In this document: positions 1 through 12,989 of the stretch, piece after piece | Layout: every line of letters begins with the position of its first letter | How positions within the stretch are numbered: the first letter of the stretch is position 1 | NCBI GenBank assembly: GCA_036490095.1 | Contig: DASXEN010000068.1 | Span: 3,249-67,248, forward strand | Source: Caulobacteraceae bacterium | Lineage (GTDB): Bacteria > Pseudomonadota > Alphaproteobacteria > Caulobacterales > Caulobacteraceae | Direction: 5' to 3' | DNA length: 64,000 bases | Made by a program: the position numbers and the translations under genes | Notes under the pieces: generated by a model | Database searches by the model: none | Told to the model about the DNA's origin: nothing | The model's input: only the letters and a program-made list of their open reading frames with translations

Positions 1-223
1 GGCGGCGCCGGCCGCCAGGCCGGCCCCGAAGACGACGCTCGTCAATCCGACCGAGATCGTCGGGCAGACGCTGGAGCGGGCGCTCGATCCGCTGCGCACG
101 GCCTGGAAGGCCGCGACCCTGCGGCGCGCCGACCGCCAGGCGCGGCAGTTCGCCGAGGCGCCGCCCGCGCCGGCGCCCGCCGCGCCGCCCGGCAAGCCCG
201 GCCTGGCGGTCTCGCCCAACGCC

Positions 224-1435
224 GTGCCGATGCCGGCCATGCCGCCGATCGCCGGGGTCGAGCTGGGGATCGGCCGCGCCGGCCTCTACCGGCACGAGCG
301 GCCGGACGTGCTGGTGATGCGCTTCGCCGAGGGCACGACCTGCGCGGGCGTCTTCACCCGCCACGGGGTCGGCTCGGCCCCGGTCGACTGGTGCAAGCGG
401 CACCTGGAGGCGAGCGGCGGGCGCGACGTCCGCGCCCTGGTGGTCAACGCCGGCTGCGCCAACTCCTTCACCGGCCGCCCCGGCGCCGACGCGGCCCGGC
501 GCGTCGCCTCGGCCGTCGCCAAGCGCTTCGACTGCCGCCAGGGCCAGGTGATGATGGCCTCCACCGGTGTGATCGGCGAGCTGCTGCCGGACGCCAAGAT
601 CACCGCCCGCCTGCCGGAGATCGAGCGGGCGCTGTCGCCCGACGCCTGGCCCGACGCCGCGCGGGCGATCATGACCACCGACACCTTCGCCAAGGGCGCC
701 TGCGCGGAGGCGCAGATCGACGGCGAGACTGTGCGCATCGCCGGCATCGCCAAGGGTTCGGGGATGGTCGCGCCCGACATGGCGACCATGCTGGCCTTCG
801 TCGCCACCGACGCGGCGATCGCCCCGGCGGCGCTGCAGGCGCTGGCCAAGCTCTACGTCCACACCACCTTCAACGCGGTGACCGTCGACGGCGACCGCTC
901 CACCAACGACACCCTGCTGCTGTTCGCCACCGGCCAGGCCGCCGCGCCGAAGGTCAGCCGCGCCGGCGACGCGCGCTTGGCCGACTTCCGCGCCAAGCTC
1001 GAGGGCGTGCTGCTCAGCCTCGCCCAGCAGCTGGTGCGCGACGGCGAGGGGGCGACCAAGTTCGTCAAGGTCAGCATCAGCGGCGCCCAGTCGGCCGCCT
1101 CGGCCCGCAAGATCGCCCGCACCGTCTGCGAGAGCCCGCTGGTGAAGACCGCCTTCGCCGGCGAGGACGCCAACTGGGGCCGCATCGTCATGGCCGTCGG
1201 CCGCGCCGACGAACCGATCAACCGCGAGCGCCTCAGCGTGCGCTTCGGCCCCCTCTGGGCCGCCCGCGACGGCCGCGTCTCACCCGACTACTCCGAGGCG
1301 AAGATGAGCGCCTACATGAAGAAGAAGGAGCTGGAGGTCGCCGTCGACGTCGGCGTCGGGCGCGCCTCCGCGGTGATGTGGACCTGCGACCTCACGCACG
1401 GCTACATCTCGATCAACGGCGACTACCGCAGCTGA
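224..1435 (+). CDS. argJ: Bifunctional glutamate N-acetyltransferase / amino-acid acetyltransferase ArgJ
   Basis: Full-length ArgJ-like sequence with the autoprocessing region (ATMLAFVATDA) and the TNDT motif. The frame stays open back to base 2, so the true start may lie upstream (for example near LAVSPNAV, about 200). Confidence 0.9.
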   Translation: MPMPAMPPIAGVELGIGRAGLYRHERPDVLVMRFAEGTTCAGVFTRHGVGSAPVDWCKRHLEASGGRDVRALVVNAGCANSFTGRPGADAARRVASAVAKRFDCRQGQVMMASTGVIGELLPDAKITARLPEIERALSPDAWPDAARAIMTTDTFAKGACAEAQIDGETVRIAGIAKGSGMVAPDMATMLAFVATDAAIAPAALQALAKLYVHTTFNAVTVDGDRSTNDTLLLFATGQAAAPKVSRAGDARLADFRAKLEGVLLSLAQQLVRDGEGATKFVKVSISGAQSAASARKIARTVCESPLVKTAFAGEDANWGRIVMAVGRADEPINRERLSVRFGPLWAARDGRVSPDYSEAKMSAYMKKKELEVAVDVGVGRASAVMWTCDLTHGYISINGDYRS

Positions 1436-1507
1436 CCTCCGCTCCCCAAAGGGGGTGCAGAATTCCGGCTCACTTCCCCCAAGGGGCCCTTTGTCGGAAG
1501 GGTCTGG

Positions 1508-3427
1508 TCAGCGCAGGTCCGGCGGCGTCGCTTCCGTCGCCAGCATGGCCGCGGCTTCCTCCAGCGTCACCACGGTCTGCGCCTGAGAGCCCAGCCGGCG
1601 CAGCGCCACCTTGCCCTCTTCGGCCTCGCGGCGGCCGACCACGGCGATCACCGGGACCTTGGCCAGCGAGTGCTCGCGCACCTTGTAGCCGACCTTCTCG
1701 TTGCGCAGGTCGGTCTCGACGCGCAGGCCCGCCTGCTTGAGCCGCCTGGCCGCCTCGGCCGCATAGTCGTCGGCGTCCGAGGTGATGGTGGCGACCACCG
1801 CCTGCACCGGCGCCAGCCACAGCGGGAAGGCGCCGGCGTGGTGCTCGATCAGCACCGCCAGGAACCGCTCCATCGAGCCCAGCACCGCGCGGTGCAGCAT
1901 CACCGGCGTGTGCTTCTCGCCGTCCGGGCCGATGTAGGCGGCGCCCAGCCGCTCGGGCACCACATAGTCGAGCTGCAGCGTGCCGCACTGCCAGGTGCGG
2001 CCGATGGCGTCGCGCAGGTGGAACTCCAGCTTCGGCCCATAGAAGGCGCCCTCGCCCGGCAGCTTCTCCACCTCTATGCCGGCCGAGCGGGCCGCCGCCT
2101 CCAGGTCGCGCTCGGCCGCGTCCCACACCTCGTCGGAGCCGAAGCGCAGGTCGGGCCGCAGCGCCAGCTTCACCGAGTGCAGCTCCACCTCCAGGTCGGC
2201 GTAGATGCGCGTCAAGAGGTCGATGAACGCCTTGGATTCCGACTCGATCTGCTGCGGCGTGCAGAAGATGTGGCCGTCGTCCTGGGCCATGCCGCGCACC
2301 CTGAGGAGCCCCATCAGCGAGCCGGAGCTCTCGTAGCGGTGCAGCCCGTCGAACTCGGCGTAGCGGATCGGCAGGTCGCGGTAGGAGCGCTGGCCGTGCT
2401 TGAATATCTGCACGTGGCCCGGGCAGTTCATCGGCTTGACTGCCAGCTGCTCGCCCTCGGGCGTCTCGCAGACGAACATGTTGGCGTGGAACTTCTCCCA
2501 GTGGCCCGACTGCTCCCAGAAGCTGCGGTCGAGGATCTGCGGCCCCTTCACCTCCTCGTAGCCGGCTTCCTCCTCGCGCCGCCGCACATAGTTCTGCAGC
2601 GTCCGATAGAGGGTCCAGCCCTTGGGGTGCCAGAACACCATGCCCTTGCCCTCTTCCTGCAGGTGGAAAAGGTCCATGGCCGCGCCGAGCTTGCGGTGGT
2701 CGCGCTTCTCCGCCTCCTCGATGCGCTTCAGGTAGGCTTCGAGGTCGGCCTCGCTGGCCCACGCGGTGCCGTAGATGCGCTGCAGCTGGGCGTTCCTCTG
2801 GTCGCCGCGCCAGTAGGCGCCGGCCAGCTTGGTCAGCTTGAACGCCTGGCCGACGTGGCGCGTCGACGGCAGATGCGGGCCGCGGCAGAGGTCCTTCCAG
2901 TCGCCCTGGCGGTAGACCGTGATCGGCTGGTCGCCGGGGATGCCCTCGATGATCTCGGCCTTGTAGGCCTCGCCGATCTCCTTGAAGTGCTTGATCGCCT
3001 CCTGGCGGTCCCAGACCTCGCGGGTGATCCGCTCGTCGCGCTGGACGATCTCGCGCATGCGCTGTTCGATCACCGGCAGGTCGTCGAGCGAGAACGGCTC
3101 GCCCCGGGCGAAGTCGTAGTAGAAGCCGTCCTCGACGTTGGGGCCGATGGTCACCTGCGTTCCGGGGAACAGCTCCTGCACCGCCTCGGCGAGCACGTGG
3201 GCCGTGTCGTGGCGGATGGTGTCGAGCGCTTCAGGCGCGCCCCGCGTGACGATCTCGATCGCCCCGCCGTGCGGCAGGGCGCGGTCGAGGTCGAGCACCT
3301 GGCCGTCGAGCTTGGTCAGCAGGGCGCGTTTCTCCAGCGAGGGCGAGATCGAGGCGGCGACGGCCCGGCCCGTCACACCGTCCTCGTAACTTCGGCTGGA
3401 GCCGTCGGGGAACTTCAGGTCGATCAT
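1508..3427 (-). CDS. thrS: Threonine--tRNA ligase
   Basis: 639 aa with TGS N-terminus, class II aaRS core and anticodon-binding C-terminus. The ATG overlaps the yidD stop (ATGA). Confidence 0.96.
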   Translation of the reverse strand: MIDLKFPDGSSRSYEDGVTGRAVAASISPSLEKRALLTKLDGQVLDLDRALPHGGAIEIVTRGAPEALDTIRHDTAHVLAEAVQELFPGTQVTIGPNVEDGFYYDFARGEPFSLDDLPVIEQRMREIVQRDERITREVWDRQEAIKHFKEIGEAYKAEIIEGIPGDQPITVYRQGDWKDLCRGPHLPSTRHVGQAFKLTKLAGAYWRGDQRNAQLQRIYGTAWASEADLEAYLKRIEEAEKRDHRKLGAAMDLFHLQEEGKGMVFWHPKGWTLYRTLQNYVRRREEEAGYEEVKGPQILDRSFWEQSGHWEKFHANMFVCETPEGEQLAVKPMNCPGHVQIFKHGQRSYRDLPIRYAEFDGLHRYESSGSLMGLLRVRGMAQDDGHIFCTPQQIESESKAFIDLLTRIYADLEVELHSVKLALRPDLRFGSDEVWDAAERDLEAAARSAGIEVEKLPGEGAFYGPKLEFHLRDAIGRTWQCGTLQLDYVVPERLGAAYIGPDGEKHTPVMLHRAVLGSMERFLAVLIEHHAGAFPLWLAPVQAVVATITSDADDYAAEAARRLKQAGLRVETDLRNEKVGYKVREHSLAKVPVIAVVGRREAEEGKVALRRLGSQAQTVVTLEEAAAMLATEATPPDLR

Positions 3428-3684
3428 GTCTCACACTTCCAGTCCGGCCGTTTCGGGCCCGGACGCGGCGGGACCGGGTCATAGCCCGATCCGCCGAAGG
3501 GGTGGCAACGGCACAGGCGCCGCGCGGCGAGCCATCCGCCGCGAACCGGCCCGTGCAGGACGAGCGCCTCGGCCGCATAGTCCGAGCAGGTCGGCAGAAA
3601 GCGGCAGGAACGCCCGATCCAGGGCGAAAGCGTCAGCTTGTAGGCGCGGTGCGCGAGGCCGACGCAGCGTTCGTAAAGGGTCAT
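3424..3684 (-). CDS. yidD: Membrane protein insertion efficiency factor YidD
   Basis: 86 aa containing [15 protein letters not shown] and [12 protein letters not shown], which are typical YidD motifs. Confidence 0.9.
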   Translation of the reverse strand: MTLYERCVGLAHRAYKLTLSPWIGRSCRFLPTCSDYAAEALVLHGPVRGGWLAARRLCRCHPFGGSGYDPVPPRPGPKRPDWKCET

Positions 3685-3744
3685 GCCGGCGGGTGAGGCG
3701 GTGAGGGAAACGAGGCGGCTTATGGCGCCGCCCTCAGAGGCCGA

Positions 3745-4218
3745 TCAAGCCGCGCCGGCGCGGCTAGTTCGCCCGGTGGCCGTTTCGGACGCGCGGGCGA
3801 GGGCGATGCGGCACGCCTCCGCCGTCGCCTCGAACGCGAGCATCGTCGAGGCGTGGCGCGGCGGGTAGTCCTTGACGGGCGCCAGCATGGCCAGATCCGC
3901 AAATCGTCCTTCGGGCGGGGGTCCGCCTGTCTTCAACATAGCACGCAGTGCATCCCGCGCGCTTTCGATTTCCTCAAGGCTGGCGCCGAGGGCGTGCTCG
4001 CCGAGGATGGCGGCCGCCGCCTGGCCGAGCGCGCAGGCCTTCACCTCCTGGGCGTAGTCGGCGATGCGGCCGTCCTTGAGCGTCACGTCGACCAGCACCC
4101 GGCTGCCGCACAGCTTGGAGACCTTCTCGGCGCTGGCGTCCGGGTGCGCCAGGCGGCCGGCGCGCGGCATGTTGGCTGCGGCCTTGAGGATCCTGGCCGA
4201 ATAGAGGTCGTCGATCAT
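3745..4218 (-). CDS. IscU/NifU-like iron-sulfur cluster assembly scaffold protein
   Basis: 157 aa with conserved Cys positions (KLCGSR, KACALG) in an IscU-like N-terminal-domain pattern. Confidence 0.75.
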   Translation of the reverse strand: MIDDLYSARILKAAANMPRAGRLAHPDASAEKVSKLCGSRVLVDVTLKDGRIADYAQEVKACALGQAAAAILGEHALGASLEEIESARDALRAMLKTGGPPPEGRFADLAMLAPVKDYPPRHASTMLAFEATAEACRIALARASETATGRTSRAGAA

Positions 4219-4694
4219 CAGGCGGCTGATGTGGCGTCTGGGTGCTCGGCTTTCCAGGCCGCCTCGACGCGGTCGCGCACCGTCTCGCCCAGCGCGGTGA
4301 AGCCGGCCTTGATCGCCCGCCGCTGCTTCCTGCCGATCAGCCCCAGCAGCGGGCCTTCGAAGATCTCGCCGTTGGAGAAGATGCAGTTGCCGTTGTCGAG
4401 CGTCTCGATCTCAAGGTAGCGGGTCGAGCGCAGCAATCCGCCGAGCAGCGACAGTGACCAGATGATCTGGTCGCCGGGCGTCCAGTCCTGGATCACCGGG
4501 CGGATCGCCCGCGGCTTCTGGCCCGGCAACGCCACCTCCAGGTCGAGGCGCTCGCCGAACTGGATCACGCCGCTGGCCTTCGGATAGAGCGGGTTCCAGG
4601 CGCTCCAGCGGTTGATGTCCGAGATCAGCTCCCAGACCGGCGCGGCCGGCGTCTGGATCCCGATCCGGTGCTCGATTTTGATCGGTAGAGCCAT
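4218..4694 (-). CDS. SRPBCC (START/polyketide-cyclase-like) family protein
   Basis: 158 aa with SRPBCC-like composition. It overlaps the downstream IscU-like start by 1 nt and is first in the SRPBCC-iscU-like-yidD-thrS gene string. Confidence 0.6.
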   Translation of the reverse strand: MALPIKIEHRIGIQTPAAPVWELISDINRWSAWNPLYPKASGVIQFGERLDLEVALPGQKPRAIRPVIQDWTPGDQIIWSLSLLGGLLRSTRYLEIETLDNGNCIFSNGEIFEGPLLGLIGRKQRRAIKAGFTALGETVRDRVEAAWKAEHPDATSAA

Positions 4695-4760
4695 CTCTCA
4701 TTCCGTTTTTCCCCGCGGAGCGGGGACCCAGGGGTTTTATCGTAGGGTGCGGCGGCCGGC

Positions 4761-4799
4761 AGAAAAAGCCTGGGCCCCGCTCTCGCGGGGGAGAGCGGG
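4761..4799 (-). terminator. Candidate rho-independent terminator downstream of cysS
   Basis: On the minus strand, stem CCCGCTCTC / GAGAGCGGG (4776-4784 / 4791-4799) is followed 7 nt later by CTTTTTCT. The spacer before the U-tract makes it non-canonical. Confidence 0.35.
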
Positions 4800-4804
4800 T
4801 TTTG

Positions 4805-6187
4805 TCAGGCTCGTTCCTTGATCCGCCAGGTGGCCCCGGTCGCGTTGTCCATCACCTCGACGTTCAGCGCCGTGAGCTCGGCGCGGATGCGGTCGGCGCT
4901 GGCCCAGTCCTTGGCGGCGCGGGCGGCGACGCGCTCGGCGATCAGGGCGTCGATCCGGGCTTTCAGCGCCGGGTCGGCCGCGCCCTGGAACCAGCCCTCG
5001 GGATCGGCGCCGAGGAAGCCGATCAGCCGGGCCGAGGCGATCAGCTCGCCCTTGGCGGCGGCGCGCTCGGCCCCCGTGGCGGTCTCCACCCGGCCGGCCA
5101 GCGCATGCAGCTCGGCGAAGGCGCGCGGGGTGTTGAGGTCATCCTCCAGCGCCTCCAGGAAGGCGACGCTTGGCCCCAGCGCCAGCGCGTCGACGTCGCC
5201 GGCGCGGCGCAGCGCGCCGTAGAGCCGGTCGAGCGACTTGGTCGCCTGCTCGATCAGCTCCTCGGTCCAGGCCAGCGGCTGGCGGTAGTGGGCGCTGAGC
5301 AGCGCCCAGCGGATCGCCTCGCCGCGCACCCGCGTCACCAGGTCGTGCACCAGCACCACGTTGCCGAGGCTTTTCGACATCTTCTCGGCGCCGAAGTTGA
5401 GGAAGCCGTTGTGCAGCCAGTAGTTGGCGTAGGCCGGCGCGTGGTCGGCGCACAGGCCCTGGGCCATCTCGTTCTCGTGGTGCGGGAAGATCAGGTCGTT
5501 GCCGCCGCCGTGGATGTCGATCGGCAGGCCCAGCGTCTGCTCGATCATCGCCGAGCACTCGATGTGCCAGCCGGGCCGGCCGGGGCCGAACGGGCTCGCC
5601 CAGACCGGCTCGCCGGGCTTCGACGGCTTCCAGAGCACGAAGTCGGCGGGGTTCTGCTTGTAGGGGGCGACGTCGACCCGGGCGCCGGCGATCATGTCGT
5701 CCATCGAGCGGCCGGAGAGCTTGCCGTAGTCGGAGTAGGCGGCGACGTTGAAGAGCACGTGGCCCTCGGCGGCGTAGGCGGCGTTGTTGCGCACCAGCCG
5801 CCCGATCATGGCGATGATGGCGTCCATCGTGCCGGTGGCCCTGGGCTCGAAGGTGGGCTTCAGCGCCCCCAGCTCCGACATGTCGGCATGGTAGGCGTCG
5901 AGGTAGCGGGCCGTGATCGTCTCGATCGGCACGCCCTCGGCGATGGCCTTCTGGTTGATCTTGTCGTCCACGTCGGTGACGTTGGCGGCGTAGAGCACCT
6001 GGGCCTCGCCGTAGATGCGCCGCAGCAGGCGGAACAGCACGTCGAACGCCACCACCGGCCGGGCGTTGCCGACGTGGGCGTAGTTGTAGACCGTCGGTCC
6101 GCAGACATACATCGTCACCCGCTCGCGGTTGACGGGCACGAAGGCGCGCTTGGCGCGGGTCAGGGTGTCGTAGAGCTTCAGGACCAT
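4805..6187 (-). CDS. cysS: Cysteine--tRNA ligase
   Basis: 460 aa with HVGNAR (HIGH-type) and KMSKSLGN (KMSKS) class I aaRS motifs. Confidence 0.96.
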   Translation of the reverse strand: MVLKLYDTLTRAKRAFVPVNRERVTMYVCGPTVYNYAHVGNARPVVAFDVLFRLLRRIYGEAQVLYAANVTDVDDKINQKAIAEGVPIETITARYLDAYHADMSELGALKPTFEPRATGTMDAIIAMIGRLVRNNAAYAAEGHVLFNVAAYSDYGKLSGRSMDDMIAGARVDVAPYKQNPADFVLWKPSKPGEPVWASPFGPGRPGWHIECSAMIEQTLGLPIDIHGGGNDLIFPHHENEMAQGLCADHAPAYANYWLHNGFLNFGAEKMSKSLGNVVLVHDLVTRVRGEAIRWALLSAHYRQPLAWTEELIEQATKSLDRLYGALRRAGDVDALALGPSVAFLEALEDDLNTPRAFAELHALAGRVETATGAERAAAKGELIASARLIGFLGADPEGWFQGAADPALKARIDALIAERVAARAAKDWASADRIRAELTALNVEVMDNATGATWRIKERA

Positions 6188-6436
6188 GCGCGCTTCATAT
6201 CATCCTTCGCCCGCCGCGGGAGAAGGATGCCTGATCGCGGCCGCCGCGGCGGCCGCTGCGCCCCCATGCCGCCCCGACGCCGCCTGGGCGTCGCGTTGAC
6301 TTCAGGGGGGGCGCTGCTTAAGTCACCGCGAGCGCCGCCAAGCGCGGATTTTCGAGCAGGCGAAGGGTTTTGACCGGGGCCATGCGCGCCCGCCTTCTCA
6401 AGATCAAAGCCCCCATTGTGGACTGACGCCCGCCCG

Positions 6437-9196
<2,760 letters not shown>

Positions 9197-9258
9197 CGCG
9201 CTAGTCGTCGCCCGCGATGACGCGGCCTTTGCGCCCCCTCCGTCTCGTCGCGCTTGCA

Positions 9259-9366
9259 GCGCGCCGATCCACCTCCCCGTACTCTTCGGTACGGGTGAGG
9301 AGCGAGAGCTTCGTTCCTGCCCCGCGAAGCGGGGGAGGGGGACCACGGCGCGAAGCGGCGTGGTGG
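9259..9366. repeat. GC-rich palindromic extragenic repeat cluster
   Basis: Successive hairpins in the secA/pgsA convergent spacer: CCCCGTAC-TCTTC-GGTACGGG, CCCCGCGAAGCGGGG and CCACGGCGCGAAGCGGCGTGG. Confidence 0.6.
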
Positions 9367-9401
9367 AGGGGGCGCAACGCCGCGCCACGGACCTATCAGG
9401 C

Positions 9402-9998
9402 TCAACTCGCGCTCAGCGCCCTATAGGCCTGCGCCAGATACTGCGCGCCGGTGAGCAGCGTCACCGCCGCCGCGATCCAAAGCAGGCCGTGCGCGCCGCC
9501 GGTCAGCGCCGGCGATCCCGCCGGCAGGCCGAACGCCGGGCCACCCGCCGCCAGCATCTCCGCGCCCAGGGCCACGAGCTGGATCGTGGTCTTCCATTTG
9601 GCCAGCAGCGTCACCGGCAGCTTCACGCCCTTGCCGGCGGTCACCTCGCGCAGCGCGCTGACCGCGAACTCGCGGAACAGGATCAGCGCCGCGGGGACGA
9701 TCAGCGCCAGGCTCGGCGCCAGCGCCATCAGCCCCAGCACCGCGGCGCAGATCAGCACCTTGTCGGCGATCGGATCGAGGATCGACCCCCAGACGCTGAC
9801 CGCCCCCCACCGCCGCGCCAGCCAGCCGTCGAAGAAGTCGGTCACCGCCGCGACCACGAAGGCGGCGAAGGCGGCCTGTTCCAGGCCCGCGCGGGCCGCG
9901 TCGGCCGGCGCCAGGCGCCCCGCGGCCGCCAGCGCGCCGAACACGATCAGCGAGAGGACCAGGCGCAGGCCGGTCAGCAGGTTCGGCAGCTGCTTCAT
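9402..9998 (-). CDS. pgsA: CDP-diacylglycerol--glycerol-3-phosphate 3-phosphatidyltransferase (CDP-alcohol phosphatidyltransferase family)
   Basis: Start taken at MKQLPNLLTGLRL. The CDP-alcohol motif DFFDGWLARR...G..LDPIADK is present. The ATG overlaps the stop of the upstream DUF218 gene. Confidence 0.88.
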   Translation of the reverse strand: MKQLPNLLTGLRLVLSLIVFGALAAAGRLAPADAARAGLEQAAFAAFVVAAVTDFFDGWLARRWGAVSVWGSILDPIADKVLICAAVLGLMALAPSLALIVPAALILFREFAVSALREVTAGKGVKLPVTLLAKWKTTIQLVALGAEMLAAGGPAFGLPAGSPALTGGAHGLLWIAAAVTLLTGAQYLAQAYRALSAS

Positions 9999-10783
9999 CG
10001 TCCCTTCCCGGCCATGGCGTTGGCCTGGTAGGCCCAAAGCCCGATCCATTCATGCGCCGCCTTGTCGAGGCGGGCGAGGTGGCCGGAGATGTCCAGGTAA
10101 CCGATCAGCCGCCGGCGATGCTCCTTCGGGGCGGTCAGATAGTCGGTCGGCCACGGGACCAGCGGCCAGCCGATCCGCCCGGCCACCGCCATGGCCCGCG
10201 GCATCTGGCTCGCCGAGGTGGCGAGCAGCCACACCTCCCCCGGCTTCGGCCGCGCCAGCGCCTTGCTGAAGGCGAGATTCTCGTAGGTGTTGCGCGAGCG
10301 CGATTCCAGCGTCAGGCGGGCGGGATCGAGCCCCATCTGGCCGAAGGCGTAGGCGGCCGCCGCCGCGTCGGGCGAATCCCCCCAGCCGCCGGAGAAGACG
10401 ATGCGGGCGTTCGGATAGCGCCGCGCCAGCTCGAACGTCGAGACCAGCCTCGTCTCCGCCGCCTCGCCCGCCGGCGCATGCCGGGTCACCAGCACCTCGT
10501 CGCCGAGCCCGCCGCCCAGGGTGAGGATGCCGTCGACGTGCGCCGGCGCCGCCGCCGGCCGCGGATACCGCGCCTCCAGCGGCCGCGTCAGCCATGTGCC
10601 CAGCGGCAGCACCCCGAACACCACGAACAGCCCCACCGTCAGGACGGCCAGCCGCCGGCCCAGCCGCTCCCGCTTCAGCAGCAGCGCCGCCGCGCTCGCC
10701 ACCGCCGACCAGAACAGCAGGTGGCTCGGCGCGAACACGCTCCAGGCGAGCTTGGAGGCGGAGAAGAACGAGTCGGCGTCCAC
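9995..10783 (-). CDS. YdcF/ElyC (DUF218) family protein
   Basis: 262 aa with an N-terminal TM region and DUF218-like motifs (ILTLGGG, IVFSGG, NTYENLAFS). GTG start. Confidence 0.8.
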   Translation of the reverse strand: MDADSFFSASKLAWSVFAPSHLLFWSAVASAAALLLKRERLGRRLAVLTVGLFVVFGVLPLGTWLTRPLEARYPRPAAAPAHVDGILTLGGGLGDEVLVTRHAPAGEAAETRLVSTFELARRYPNARIVFSGGWGDSPDAAAAAYAFGQMGLDPARLTLESRSRNTYENLAFSKALARPKPGEVWLLATSASQMPRAMAVAGRIGWPLVPWPTDYLTAPKEHRRRLIGYLDISGHLARLDKAAHEWIGLWAYQANAMAGKGR

Positions 10784-10842
10784 GAGGGCTCCGGGCGGCT
10801 GCGCGGTGGACCATAGCCGATGCGCCGCCTACGGGTAGCGGC

Positions 10843-11847
10843 GTGACGAACACGGCGCTGATCATCGGCGGCTCGGGACAGATCGGCCAGGCGGCGGCGC
10901 GGCGGCTGCTGGCCGACGGCTGGCGCGTGCGGCTCGCGCAGCGCACCGGCGCGCGGCTGCCGCCGGACCTCGCCGCCGGCGCCGAGCTGGTCGCGCTCGA
11001 CCGGGAAGTCCCCGGCGCGGTCGCGCAGGCGGTCGGCGGCGGCGTCGACGCGCTGATCGACACGGTCGCCTACGACGCGGGGCACGCGCGCCAGCTGCTC
11101 GCGGTCCAGGCCGGCGTCGGCGCGTTCGTGGTGATTTCCTCGGGCAGCGTCTGCCGCGACGAGGCCGGGCGCACGCTCGACGAGGCGCGCCAGACCGGCT
11201 TTCCTCACTTCCCGGTCCCGATCGGCGAGGACCAGTCGACCGTCGAGACCGGCCCGGCCACCTATTCGACCCGCAAGGCGGCGCTGGAGCAGGCGCTGCT
11301 GCAGGGCGCGCGGGCGCCGGTCACCATCGTGCGGCCGTTCGCCATCCACGGTCCCGGCTCGACCCATCCGCGCGAATGGTGGTTCGTCAAGCGCCTGCTC
11401 GACGGGCGCCGCCGCATCCCGCTCGCCTGGCGCGGCGAGAGCCGGTTCCACACCAGCGCCACCGTCAACATCGCCGAGGTGATCCGCGCCGCCCTGGCGA
11501 CGCCCGGAACCCGCATCCTCAACGCCGCCGACCCCGAGGCCCCGAGCGTCGCCGAGATCGGCGCCATCATCGCCAGCCTCTATGGCGCGGCGCCGGAGCT
11601 GGTGCTGCTGGACGGCGCGCCGGCGGGCGGCGTCGGCGGCACGCCGTGGAGCACGCCGCTGCCGATCATCGCCGACATGACCCGGGCAGAGGCGCTCGGC
11701 TACCGGCCAGCGGCCAGTTTCGCCCAGTCGATCGGCGGCGCCTGCCGCTCGGCCGAAGCGCTGGCGCGCGCCGGCGTGCCGTTCGTCCCTTATCTGTCGG
11801 CGATGTTCGACTACGCCGCCGAGGACGCCGCGCTGGGCGCCGGCTAG
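10843..11847 (+). CDS. NAD-dependent epimerase/dehydratase family protein
   Basis: Rossmann motif IIGGSGQIGQAAARRL lies directly after the GTG at 10843. The longer ORF upstream is Arg/Pro-rich shadow sequence. Confidence 0.75.
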   Translation: MTNTALIIGGSGQIGQAAARRLLADGWRVRLAQRTGARLPPDLAAGAELVALDREVPGAVAQAVGGGVDALIDTVAYDAGHARQLLAVQAGVGAFVVISSGSVCRDEAGRTLDEARQTGFPHFPVPIGEDQSTVETGPATYSTRKAALEQALLQGARAPVTIVRPFAIHGPGSTHPREWWFVKRLLDGRRRIPLAWRGESRFHTSATVNIAEVIRAALATPGTRILNAADPEAPSVAEIGAIIASLYGAAPELVLLDGAPAGGVGGTPWSTPLPIIADMTRAEALGYRPAASFAQSIGGACRSAEALARAGVPFVPYLSAMFDYAAEDAALGAG

Positions 11848-12054
11848 CGAGGGCGCAGTATCGACCCACGACTCAGTTGACTATCGAAGATTGCAGCAAA
11901 ATACTCGCATGAGGCGAGAGGCCCAGAAAGGCCCCCTAGAGGCCCGCCAGCGGCCTTGGTGACGTTACGGCTAGTACCCTACCGGCCACCCTCCGCAAGC
12001 GGCCTCAGCGGCGTTCCTAGAGCCTTACAGGGGCATTCCAGCGTCGTTCCGCCG

Positions 12055-12852
12055 TCACCGCCCCTGGAACACCGGCTTGCGCTTTTCGAAGAAGGCCGTG
12101 CGCGCCTCCTTGGCGTCCTCGCTGGCGAAGGCGATGCGGATGTTGCCGACCTCGTAGCGCAGCTGCTGTTCCAGGTCGTGGGTCTCCAGCGACTTGACCA
12201 TGCCGCGCTTCAGCAGCCGCAGGGTGATCGGCGACCATTCGCACAGCTGCGCGCAGTATTCCGCCAGCCGCGCGGCCAGCTTGTCGTCGTCGGCCGCCTC
12301 GCCGGCCATGCCCCAGGCCACCGCGTCGTCGCCATTGGCCGTGCGGTTCTCCATCATGAAGCGCAGCGCCCGCTCGTAGCCCATCGCCTGCGGCAAGGTG
12401 ACGGTCAGGCCGGCGTCGGGCGAGCCGCCGATGCGGGTGTAGCCGGCCATCAGCCGCGCACCGCGGGCGACGATGCGGGCGTCGGTGGCCATGGCGAGGC
12501 CGAGGCCGGCGCCCACCGCCGCGCCGTTGATGCCGCCCACCACCGGCTTGTCGCAGCGCTTGCGGATCGCCAGCAGGAAATGGCCGACCCAGCCGATGTC
12601 GTCGAGCTGCGCGGCCATCGGCGTGCCGGGATGATAGCGCTCGCCGCTGGGCGACAGGTCGAGCCCGGCGCAGAAGGTGTCGCCGGCCCCGGTCAGCGCC
12701 ACCACCCAGACGTTGTCGTCCTTGGCCGCCGCCTCGATCGCTTCGATCACGCCCCAGGCCAGCTCCGTGGAGAGCGCGTTCTTCTTCTCGGGGCGATTGA
12801 GGGTGACGGTTCGGACGTGCCCCTGGTCGGACACCTGGACGAGCTCGGACAT
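12055..12852 (-). CDS. Enoyl-CoA hydratase/isomerase (crotonase) family protein
   Basis: 265 aa with a crotonase fold signature (LNRPEKKNAL, GAGDTFCAGLDL, GGINGAAVGAG). Confidence 0.9.
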   Translation of the reverse strand: MSELVQVSDQGHVRTVTLNRPEKKNALSTELAWGVIEAIEAAAKDDNVWVVALTGAGDTFCAGLDLSPSGERYHPGTPMAAQLDDIGWVGHFLLAIRKRCDKPVVGGINGAAVGAGLGLAMATDARIVARGARLMAGYTRIGGSPDAGLTVTLPQAMGYERALRFMMENRTANGDDAVAWGMAGEAADDDKLAARLAEYCAQLCEWSPITLRLLKRGMVKSLETHDLEQQLRYEVGNIRIAFASEDAKEARTAFFEKRKPVFQGR

Positions 12853-12989
12853 GACGGCCTCCTGTGGTCGCGGACGAGCGTAGTGTCCGACGCCGCGCGC
12901 ATCAACGCGGGGGCCGGCGCGGCGTCAACACTCGAAGCTGACGCCAGCGCCTGGCCTCTCGCCGCCGCGACTATGCGGCGGGCATACGC

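Noticed and set aside
391-1740. 449-aa ORF overlapping argJ in another frame.
   Set aside because: It is an Arg/Pro/Gly-rich shadow of the argJ frame with no domain signature.
11848-12054. Lower-GC 207-bp convergent spacer, considered for a small RNA or tRNA.
   Set aside because: Only short hairpins are present (GGCC-CAGAAA-GGCC, AGGCC-N7-GGCCT), consistent with bidirectional termination. No tRNA-like cloverleaf could be drawn.
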